The notes below the pieces were generated by a model. The model worked only from the letters and a program-made list of their open reading frames with translations, was not told the DNA's origin and did no database searches. From Mytilus californianus (lineage: Eukaryota): 64,000 nucleotides of DNA. The DNA lies in the NCBI RefSeq assembly GCF_021869535.1, contig NW_026262723.1, forward strand, positions 97,092,001-97,156,000. The letters are read 5' to 3'. A program made the translations under genes and the position numbers. Of the stretch, positions 13,701 to 25,700 are shown piece by piece. The first letter of the stretch is position 1; every line of letters starts with the position of its first letter.

Positions 13701-16700
13701 CAATATTAATTGGCCTGTAGATAAGTTAAATGCTATATTATCTTAAAAATCTTCAATCAATTTTCTGTACTCACTGAAAACCAATTTAGATTATAGAAAT
13801 CCAGACAATAATTTGTTTAATAGAAAACAGTAAAAGTCTGCCATAACTTTATGAGATAATGTCATGTTGTCTTATCAAATCTCAACAGTATTTTATGTAT
13901 ATATGGGACTATTGATTTTTGCCTAAGAACAGTCATGTCCAGGTCAGCATCTAGTATAACATCATGAAAAAGATAATAGCTAATTTGTAGTCAGGTGTGA
14001 CAGGGGGTTGAATAAATACTCATTGATATAAACCCCAATGCTCATGAGATAAGGATTCTGTCTTGTGAATAGAATATTTAAAGAATTGATTGCAAGGAAC
14101 AAATTTGCATTGTTTGTTGTCAGTGGTATTAATCTGTGTCACTAGATAATAATAATCAAGCTAATTTTTCTGTGATGAAACATAATTTGATTTGATCTGG
14201 AAATATAGGCAAATTTATCACCAAATTATAATAAACATTTTGCTCATTAAGTATCAAGGTTGTTAAGTAGTCGAGAAAGTAGTAATTTGGTTGAATTATT
14301 ATAAAATTTTAAAGTTTTAAAGCCAACTTTATTACAACTGAATTTTTATTTTTTGGGTCTGAAAAAACCCATTGAAAAAGGATTGAGATTGTTCTGAAAT
14401 AAGATTAAACCTTGCTGCACAAAAGTGAAAAAATCCTGTCAAAATAATGTCAATAAGACAGCAACTCAACAACACAAATAACAGAGACATCTAGGAAAAG
14501 ATTGTATATTGACCTCTCGATGTCTTTTTTTTTGCTTTTATTGTGCTGTAGGGATGTTGTCTTATTGATATTTATTCCTTATTTTTTTTCTCTAATTTTC
14601 ATGCTTTTTTCACATTTCTCAATCGGTGTGAGAAAAACATTTCTTCTCTTTAGAGAAAATTTTGTTCTCGGCAAATGATTGGTCAAAATTTAATTATGAC
14701 GTAAAATTTTCTTGGTTTCTTCTGAATTTCCTATTATGACGTCATGAAAAAAGACGACCATGCCTGATGACGTCACATATAAAGAACACAACTTTCTGCA
14801 AATCTTTGAAAATGAAGGCTAAACTTTGTTTAAATATCGTTAGAGAAACAGATTCCACCACCTTAACTCGTGTATTACGATATTTCTCCACTCTCAACAG
14901 TTAAATTTTAATTATTTAAAAAGCTCTGCAAGCCTCTTGCTTTAAACATTTAAATTTAACTGTCTCGAGTGGAGAAATATCGTAGCACACTTGATGCAGT
15001 GGTGGAATCTATATTTCTCTCATTTAGATACGATAATCACAAAGCACCTCAATATGATGTGTTGTATACTATCCAAGATGACCTCTTACGAATCTAACCT
15101 TGACCTTCTGACAATAAAATTAGAAAAAATATTTTTTGGGGTCCTTTTTGTTCACCTTAAATAGACTAGATATTTTGAATATGGGTACATCATCTCAAAG
15201 AGGATGTGTCAAATACTAATATGGCTGACATCTGACCTTGACCTTTGACTGCAAGTTCAAATAGAATAGATTTTGGGGGAATATTTACCTTTAAAAGAGC
15301 AACACACACAAAAACAAACATAAGGGGTAATACCAGAATGAGTGTGTTTTGCTTTTCTTTTACACAAGTAACTTCTGTAGATGACAGGGAGACAAATGAT
15401 TTAGTCCACTTAAACAGTCTTCCTAGTTTAAGATACCTGTAACACTATGGAGATGGACCAATACTAACATAATATTAACTATTTCATGTACCCTTTCTCT
15501 CTTGCTCATATCTCGTGTGCGATGTCTTTTCTCTAGTTTGTTTCATTATTCCCCCACAAGCAAAGTTTTGGGGGTATATAGAAATCACCATGTCTGTCTG
15601 TCTGTCCGTCCCGCTTTGTGTCTGGCACATAACTTTTGAACTGTAAAACTTAGGTTAACAGTTGCATCATGGGCTGGGGGGTATCATATACCAAAGTCAG
15701 ATCAATCTGACCTTGACTTTGACTTATGACCCCTATGAGTAAAACCTTGTCCAATTCGTGTATGGCACAAATTATCTTTTGAACCATAGAACTTGACCAA
15801 ACTTTGTAAGCAGTTGCATCACGGGCTGGGGTTTATCATATAACCAAATCAGGTCCCTCTGACCTTTGTCCCCTATGTTAGTAAAACCTTGTCTTATTTG
15901 TGTCATGTGTATAACTTTTGTACCATAGAACTTTGTTGAAAAAACTTGGTATGCTGATGCATAATGGGATGGGGTATGTCATACATCAAAGTCAGGTCAC
16001 TCTGACCTTGAATTTGATCTTTGACCCATATGATAGTAAAACATTGTCAGATTTGTGATTGGTGCATAACTTTTGTACTGTAGCACTTTAATAGATTGAC
16101 AACACTTAGTATATAGAAGCATAATACTGAACTTGATATTGACCTTTAATTTTTAAATTTACAGTATACAAACCTCAGACTTTGTTCCTATGTCAATATA
16201 ATTCTTTCATAATGACCTATCATTAACCATGTGTCAATCTAACACAGTGGCAATGATTATTTTAAATGAATGGCTGAAAGCCAGAAATCTCAATACTGAA
16301 TTTCACAGCAGCAACTAAAATGCATGTACGAGGGGTATTAGTCCCACTATGCAGACAGCTCTAGTTAAGTAAGAAGTTCTAGATATCTATTCATACATTT
16401 GTATTTAAAAAATCTTTACATGATATCTGCATTATGAATTTTATTTGTAGAGATTTACACCAATTTTCATGCCCCCGACGTAGCGGTGGGGGCATCAAGT
16501 TTTACCCTTGTCTGCTGTACATACGTTTGAACGAACAAACGAATGTACGTACGTCCCAAAATTGGTTTCCGTTCTCTAACTTGAGTTTGCCTCAACCAAA
16601 TGTTATGAAACTTATACACAATGCTTATTATCACAAAACACATATCAAGTTTGAATTTTGGTGACGTCACTTTAACCGTTCAAGAGTTATGCCCCTTTAT

Positions 16701-19700
16701 AAATGGAAAAATTGCAAAATTTTTAGTTTCCGTTCTCTAACTTAAGTTTGCCCCAACCAAATGTTATGAAACTTATACACAATGCTTATTACCACAAAAC
16801 ACAGATCAAGTTTGAATTTTGGTGGCATCACTTTAACCGTTCTAGAGTTATGCCCCTTTTTAAATGGAATAATTGCAAAATTTTTATTTTCTTCTAAATA
16901 TCAAGTAAATTTTAAAATTGGAGTTATCTTCCTTTGTCCATGATTATAGTTGAATTAACTACAACCAATGCTATATACAATGCAATGTTTAATTTTGACT
17001 TCCACTGATAAAACACAGATCAAGTTGAATTTGGGTAGTGTCACTTTAACCATTATTGAGTTATGCCCCTTTATAAATCGAAAGATTGCAAAATTTTTAG
17101 TTTTCATTCTGTAACTAAGTTTGCCCCAACCAAACATTATGAAACCTATACACAATATTAATTACCACAAAACTAAGATCAAGTACAAATTTTTTGTTTC
17201 CGTTTTGTAACTTTAGTTTGCCTCAACCAAATGTTATGAAACTTATACACAATGCTTATTACTACATAATGCAGATTAAGTATGAAATTTGATGGCGACA
17301 CTTTTACCATTCTTGAGTTATGTCCCTTTATAAACGTGAAAATTACTGATTTTTTTGTTTCCGTTCTCTAACTTTAGTTTGTCTCAACCAAATGTTATAG
17401 AACTTATACACAACCGTTCTAGAGTTATGTATGTTTACAAATAGAAAAAGAAAAATTGCTGAATTTTTAGTTTCTGTTCTCTACTTAAGTTAACCTCAAC
17501 CAAATGTTATGCATATTACTACAAAACTCAGATCAAGTTCAAATTTGGGTAGCTTCACTTTTACTGTTCTTCAGTTATGTCCCTTTATAACTATATGATA
17601 TGCAAGTTGGGGCATCATCTGTGTCCACATGTGGATACTATCCACATTTATTTTGGTTTGTTCTGAATAACTTATTTTGCTTATATACATGATTTTTATT
17701 TCTTTAACCATATATTTTCAATTTGAGGCATGTTTTCTTGAAAATATACCAGTTTGTTTATACATTAGTAATATTTAAGAAAGTTGCTGTATTAATTTTT
17801 AGATTTAAAAACATGACTGTCAACGAGGTTTTACAATTTTTTTTGTTTTTGTAGGTTTAAGATTCTTGAGAGCTTTAAGACTAATGTCTATCCCAGATAT
17901 CCTGACCTACCTGAATATGCTACAGACCAGTACAATGATCAGACTGTGTCAAATGTTAACTTACTTCATCAGTCTATGGCTCGCTTCAGGAGGGTTTTTA
18001 CATTTAGTAAGTTCAAACTATTAACGAAGATATTAAAATAGTTCCAAAATTGAAGATAAAACTTGTGTTTTGAACTAAAAAAGGATGTCAATTAAAACTT
18101 AGTAATGATGCTTTGCATCAGATGAACTGTTAATATTGCAAAAGATATTTACATGACAATTGGAATTGGAGCTGATAAAAAAATATTTAAAAAGGCAAAG
18201 GATCAAATTGAATCAAGCAATTTAATTACAGCTTTCAACCTTAAAAGTGTCTAGCAAACAATATAAAGCTATCAAAATATTCTTTGAGTTACAAGTTGTT
18301 TAAAGTTTAGGGTAAATAAGAAACTATGGTAAAGCTTGAGTTATATGAAGATAAAATGTTTGAATCAGTATATCACAATGAGCAAACAATTCACAGGTTA
18401 TTGACAATTCCAATAATTTTCTGTCATTTCAGGTTGAAAATTCTGGTGATCCATGGAGAAATTTTGAAAATGCTAAAAGTCTGTCTTATTGGGAATGTTT
18501 ATACTTTCTATTGGTTACCATGTCAACCGTTGGATATGGTGATATTAGTGCTAAGACAGACATTGGTCGAATCTTTATTGTCATCTTCATAATGATAAGT
18601 ATTGTAAGTAAAATGAAAAAAATATTGTAATACATCATGGTATTTAAACCAATGAAATATCAGATAAATTAACATTATTTTTCAATGTAAAATATTTAAG
18701 AAGTATTTGAATCTTTGAAGTATAAATTGAATAAGTACCATTATTGTCTATTTTGAATGAAGTTGGAGTATTTGTTCAATTAGTCATTTACATTATGGAG
18801 TTAATTGAAAATAGCACATTATAGATTTGATGCGCCCAAAGCACTTTTTGGCAATGCACTTTTCTGGTACCTTCATCAGGAACGCTCAAACTCAAGAAAT
18901 TTTGAAAGCCAAGTGGTGTACTGGTATTTCTATAATTCTGGTAATCTTCACAGCCTATCAAATGTTTTTACTGATTCATCATCACTGAATGGAACTATTG
19001 CCTAAATAGAAACCTAGGCGTTTCTGTTATATCGATGATCCAATTCAAATATACAAACCTATTGTACCACCTCCTTCAAAGCCTACACATTACTATTCTT
19101 ATTCTTCTCAAATAAATTATCTAAAAGTACAAAGTGTTCAGAAATCCATAATATCTGTACTTGAGCATGGTAATTTCTGATTTAACATTAAGGATGTATT
19201 CTTCTCATGTTTCAGTCTCGTTGAAATCTTGTTCAGGAATTATTTCCAAAACATGTGATACAAGTGAAAAATATCAGTGAATTTTAAAAATATCATAATC
19301 AAACTAAACTCTGTGAAAAAATTGTGTACTTACAACAAGTAGTTTTTGAGTAACAAAATTTTCAAAGGAGTAGGTCTAGTAAGACCCCTTTTTGGCCCCA
19401 AAATATAGCAGTTTTACAAAATTGTTAAAATGTAAACTTTTAGCTATTTATTGGAAAGTAGAATACTTCTGCTGCATAAATATGGGCTTGTTTTGACAAT
19501 ACAATGCACATATATCGGGTACTAGCATCATTAAGTCATGCTTAATCATGAAATCTTCACAATTTTAGCATTTGAGTTAAATTTTATACTGTTTTCGTCT
19601 TTAATGGAAGTGGCCGCATTTGTGTTCATTCTTAATATTTAAATGTAAGTTGTATTTGATGATAATACATAACATATATAAAGATTGAGAGTGAACACGG

Positions 19701-22700
19701 ATGCGGCCACTTTCATTTTTGACAAAAACCATCTGAAAAGTGACAAATTATGGCATATTTGATAGATTTGTCATATTTAAGCTTGTATTTGAGCGTATTT
19801 AATGACTAAATCAGTTAAAATCTTTCACATAAACTAATTGAATAGACTGAAGTAGACACTTAAGTGTTTAAAAAGTGTCCAAAATCTTTCATCTGAAGAA
19901 CCTGAAATTTGAGGCCAAAATCGGCCCTTACCGGACCTACTCCTTTTATAACCAATCCAGTCAGTGTCTTCAACCAAAATATTGAGAAATAGTTGAGGAG
20001 TATAAAGAAATGGTTTTACCAAAACATGTACATCCCATATCAATTTTTTTCTTTTCAAAATTCTTAGATATGTTTTTTTTCAATCATTTATAGCAAAGAA
20101 GTTGAAATAATATGCTTTTTGTTCTGAAAAAAAAAAGAGAAAAATCACAAATTTACAAAATTGACTTGACACGAAAAAGCAACAAAATTTTATAAAACTT
20201 TCTAATATTAACACCAACCTATAGTTTTTTTAAGTTAAATTTATTCAGATTGGTCCACTTCATCTTTAGTGAAAGTATTAAAAAAAAGTTTTAATTGTGT
20301 ATCTGTGATTTTGTTTATGATAATAGCTCAAAAATATGTAAAAATTGATGAAAAATGGGAAAATCATTAAAAATGAGTGCTTTCAAATGGCTGTAGCAAA
20401 AAAAGAAGTGCACTACCATATGATTTTTTCTGCATCAATTACTTTCTTACAGTCATATGAACCCAAAAATCAGGTTAAGAAAAAAAGTTTAATTTTAGAA
20501 ATTTTTGGCTCCTCAGAGGTGTACATCCTTAAAAGATTCATACTGCATCTTTTTTGTTCTCACTGTATATAATTTGATCATTCTGTCAACCCTATATGTT
20601 GAAACTTTTCCAAGTGGTCTCTATTTTGTTTATAAGTTGTAAAAAATATCTCATATACAATTTGTAGGGTATGTTTGCCAGTTTTGTTCCTGAATTACTT
20701 GAAATATTTGGTAGAAGACAGGTTTATGGAGGGTCATATAAAAAAGAAAGAGGCAAAAAGTAAGTGGAGTTGTATTGGAATATGATATTTTCTTTTTGCA
20801 CTAACAACAAAGCATATACTGTAAATTCAGAAATTATTGCATGCATTTATTATTTTGATTTTGTCATTTTAGACTAAAATGCGATTTTAATTTTTGGGAT
20901 ATTGAGAAAAATCCTGTTCAATTTATATAAAAATTTCAAAATACGAGTTTAAATTATTGCGATTATAACCCTGTCTCATTTTTTGCAATAATAAAAACAT
21001 TGCAATAATTTCTGAATGTACAGTATCTGACAAAGAGATAAAATTAGTCAATTATTAGCCCTCATTGGAATTCTTTGATATCAGAGTACCATCAGACATT
21101 GACAGTTTTTGTATTACAGGTAATAACAAACTTATACTTGATGAGCAATCATATTGTTTTATCTATTTTTCTACCTATTTGTAAAAAACACTACATTGAA
21201 TAACCTTATTGATGTCGAGCAGTAACTGCAATGAGAAATAAAAGAATTTTAAGAAAATGTATTGAAAAAGTCATATTTTAGAACCAAATTTGGCATCATT
21301 TAATTTTTAGAGAACATTTTGTAGGGAATTTTTGTTACTCTGATGTCCAACATTTTGAAAAGTGTAAATGAAATTGTCAGTTGAAAAAGTGGTATCTGAA
21401 ACTTGAAAACAAAACCAAATCTTAATAGACCAATCTTGAGTTGTTTTTCATGAATGAGTTGCACCAGTTGACCAGAGATCAATTGGTGTAAATGGCATCG
21501 TTTAACTATTGGTTCTTACTGTGAGGTAATAACAAAAGCAATGTGACATAGGAAATGTACAGGAAAATGTTCAAACTTAAAAGTCGTCTATTGGTATATT
21601 ACAATTCTTCTATTTATTTTTAGGCACATAGTAGTATGTGGTCATATAACATTTGATTCAGTTTCCAACTTCCTCAATGATTTCTTACACAAAGACAGAG
21701 AAGATGTTGATGTTGAAATAGTCTTTGTTCACAAGTAAGTAGAAAACAATATCTTTGTGAAATAAAGGCAGTGTGTGATGAATATTGATGAGACTCAATA
21801 ACAAAAGCAAACTAAATATGTAAGATGTCAAGCCTTTTTTTAAAAAAAGTTTATGAAAGTATAAAAATTCTAAGGTTTTCCCTCTTTTGATAAGGATTTA
21901 TTGATAAATGAATAGGATGTTCAAATTTGAATTCCCCAACAGTGAATCTGTTTAAATGATATATAGTAACACCACCTTCTGTTTATGTATTCTTGAGTCC
22001 ATTTGTCTGTGTCTGTTACACACTTGTTGGCATCAAAGACATCTAGTCTTCCCTCCAACTGACATGTTTTGTCCATTTCTTTGTAACAGGAATGAATTTC
22101 AAGGTCAGATGTCAGATTTCAAGTTAACGACATGACAGGAGATTGCACAGTACAGCTTTAGTCTTAGATCCTATTTTAATCAGTCATTGTCAAATGTGAG
22201 AGATTGAATCTTATTGATTGTCAAGATCAGTGGTCAAAGTCAAAGGTCACAACATGACTTACATGATGAAAGCTTATAGGCACATTTTAGCTCCATTCTT
22301 GCATTGAATCTTCCTCAAGCATTTCTGATGCTTGTTCCTCTATACTTTCAGTACATCATATCAGTGAACACAGGTATTGTTCATTATTGAGTCAAATAAA
22401 TTTCCATTATTCATTATTACAGTGATAGAATTGATTCAAATAAATTTCCATAATGTACTGTTACAGATATGGCATTGATTCAAATAAATTTCCATAATGC
22501 ACTGTTAAAGTTATAGCATTAATTAAATTAATTTCCATAATTCACTGTTACTGTGATAGAATTAAGGGACAATTTTCATAGGTCTTACTATAACTAAAAC
22601 TATAGGTAATTTTGATTTTAATTTTTAAAATGTAATTTTGTAATTATTAAAGAAGTATTATTCCAAATTTGTGCATGAAAATAAAGTAAGCTGTTGGTAA

Positions 22701-25700
22701 ATTGTCTAAGTTTTAACAAGGAGCTTTTATTTTGGTAAGGAAGGGTCTTTACAAGAAAATAGCATTGATTAAATATCACAGGAACTTGGTTTTTTATACG
22801 ACCGCAAAAAATTTTTGTGGTCGTATATTGGTATCACGTTGTCGTCGTTGTTGTCAGAAGACACTTGGTTTCTGGACAATAACTTTAGTATTAGTAAATA
22901 GAAATCTATGAAATTTAAACACAAGGTTTATAACAACAAAAGGAAGGTTGGGATTGATTTTGGGGGTTATGGTCCTAACAGTTTAGGAATTAGGGGCCAA
23001 AAAAGGCGCCCAAATAAGCATTTTTCTAGTTTTCAGACAATAACTTGTGGAACGGTGTATGGATCTCTCTGAAATTGTACAACAAGTTTCCATACCACAA
23101 AGGGATGGTTAGGATTGGCTTTGGGGGGTAATGGCTCAAATCGTTGAGGAATTGGGTGCAAAAAAAGGGGGAAAAACAAGGGTTTCCTTGTTAATGGACA
23201 ATCACTTTTATGTACAATGTTAAATTTGGATTACCTCCCTTACACTGCTTTAAAATTATGTATAAAGAAATTTTGTATTGTCTTGAGGTGATTAGCTGTC
23301 AATTTATTTTTAGAAGTTACTAATAAAAATGCTGATTAAAGATATATTATTTTAAGACATGATTATGTATGTCATTTTCTATTTTAAGACTTTTATGATG
23401 TATTTAAATGGGTAATTATGGTTGCAAATTCCATTGGAAATTTGAATTGAGACCATATCTTGAGGGGGGGAACAATTTTTTTTTCTCATTACAGATTTCA
23501 GAAAATTAAAAAGAAAGAGGGGTGGGATAAAAAAAAAAATTTGCCAAAAAAAAAGGGGGTGAAATATTTTTTTCTTAGGGGGGGGTCAATTTGCCAACAG
23601 CATAGTGTATTGCACAAAAGCAAAACAAAAAAGGGGGGTAAATTTTGTAACAGCATAGTGAAGTGCACAAAAGCAAAAAATTGAATATAAATTCAAATCA
23701 TATAACCAATTCTAAGTTCTTTGACTACAATTTGGTGTCAGAAACCTATATTGTGACAAACATTTAATTTCAATCCAAATTCAGACCGGTTTCAAGCACA
23801 AATATTGTGTCCATTTTTGCCCCAACTGTTCAGGGTTGGACCTCTGCGGTCGTATCCAGCTGCGCTCAGCGAAGTAATTTATTTTTTCTGAAACTGTTCC
23901 CACATGACTAATCGTGTAGAATAAATGGCTTTAAAACTTTAAAAAGCCATATTACAATTCATGATGATTAGCATCTTTGGTGATATTCAGTATTGACAAT
24001 TTGTTGTTCTGTACAAATAAATGCTCTGAAATAGTTTACAATTTGTTATAATTTGAATAATCTCAGTTGCAAAATGTCAATAAAAGTGACTGCCTATATC
24101 GAATCTATTCTAATTGCATTACACTAGGAAATTTATATTCATAATGTAAAAAAGTAAAACACTTTTCCATATTGAGTATATTATATCTAGTAATACAGCA
24201 AAACACACTTTTAACAAAAAATAAATTTGTCCATAATTTGCCCTGAAATGTAATATGAGGTTTCATTGAATAATTAATAATTACATACAAATATGTAAGT
24301 CACACACACACACACACTGCTATTAACATTTGCTATTAATGAGCTGAAGAAAATTCTGCAAATATTACAAGGAAAAAGTAGAGGAGGGTCACAATGGACT
24401 TAATATTGTCTTCACTAATATTTTATGTATTGGACACATGTTATAAATTGTTCAATTTATGTCACTTTCAAGGGAGTATATGGTGATTAAAAGATAGAAA
24501 TCTGTTGCCACTATTTATTTATTTACTCATATGCCTCCCTTTTGGAGAGAAGCAGTGGTGGATTTTTCTTATAGATGAAAATTTCATTGGAATAGTAATA
24601 TTCTACAAGGAGGAAAATTTATTTCATGCTTGTGGTTGTGCATTTTTGTCGCAGAAAGCTGGACATAGGGGTACTGATCCGGCCGCAGCAACGGCGGCTT
24701 TAACTAACTACTTAAAAGCTTAATATTTCAGAAGGTAGAAGACCTGGATGCTTTATACTTTGTATATAGATGCCTTATGTTATGAAGTTTCCGTCTGTCA
24801 TATGTTCTTTGTCCTTGACCTCATTTTTATGGTTCAGTGATTACTTGAATAAAAAGTTAAGATTTTTTGTAATGTTAATTTCTCTCTTATTATGAGTAAA
24901 AGGATAACTATATTTGGTATGTGCATACCTTGCACAGTCCTCAAAAAAAAAGAAAAAAAATATCTTTCAAGACATAAATATGTAAAAAATAAATATATAT
25001 TTCACCTGACTAACCATATGTTTGGTATTCTATTTAGTCATCATATCTTTTTTAGTTCCAAATATTATTGCTCAGCTGTTTTAAACATAAAATGCATACC
25101 ACGTCAAAAAGAAGGGATATGTCCATGAACAAAGACAAAATTAAATCGTCATTTCAGGAACAAGAAAAAAACAGACCCAAGTTGCTTTTTATCAAATTTC
25201 AGGAAACATGGTGAATAATTATCTTCAAGCACGAAAACTAATAAATAAAAATTGCAAACACGTCGCACAAAAATAAGCTTTACCATCCCTGTCTACAACG
25301 AAATAGACTCGTCCACTGGAAAGACGAGGATATTGGATTCATCAGTTGTCATGCATTCTTGTTTTTGATACCCAATTGGACGAACTTATTTTCAATACTT
25401 ATGAAACAAGAAAAGTCCAAATTGTTTGTGAATATCTATTATTTTAACTGACGTCTTTCACGTTTGGACAGGTCCATTTCATCTATGAGATGATACATAC
25501 ATCTTACGAAATTATGACAAAAAAGGAAAACGAACTTATTGTAATGGGTTTTAAACACAGGTTTCGCTCCGCAAAATTATTTGCACAAACAACATTTCAA
25601 GGTCAGTTATGATTGATTTGTCTATTTTTTAGTATGTAAACATACGGATTATTTTTTTATTTTTATTTTTTTACAACTCAATGTGTAATCAATTCTGTTA

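Noticed and set aside
4457-21623. mutually exclusive duplicates of the S4, pore or S6 exons
   Set aside because: Searched by eye and none were found; a tblastn would be more sensitive.
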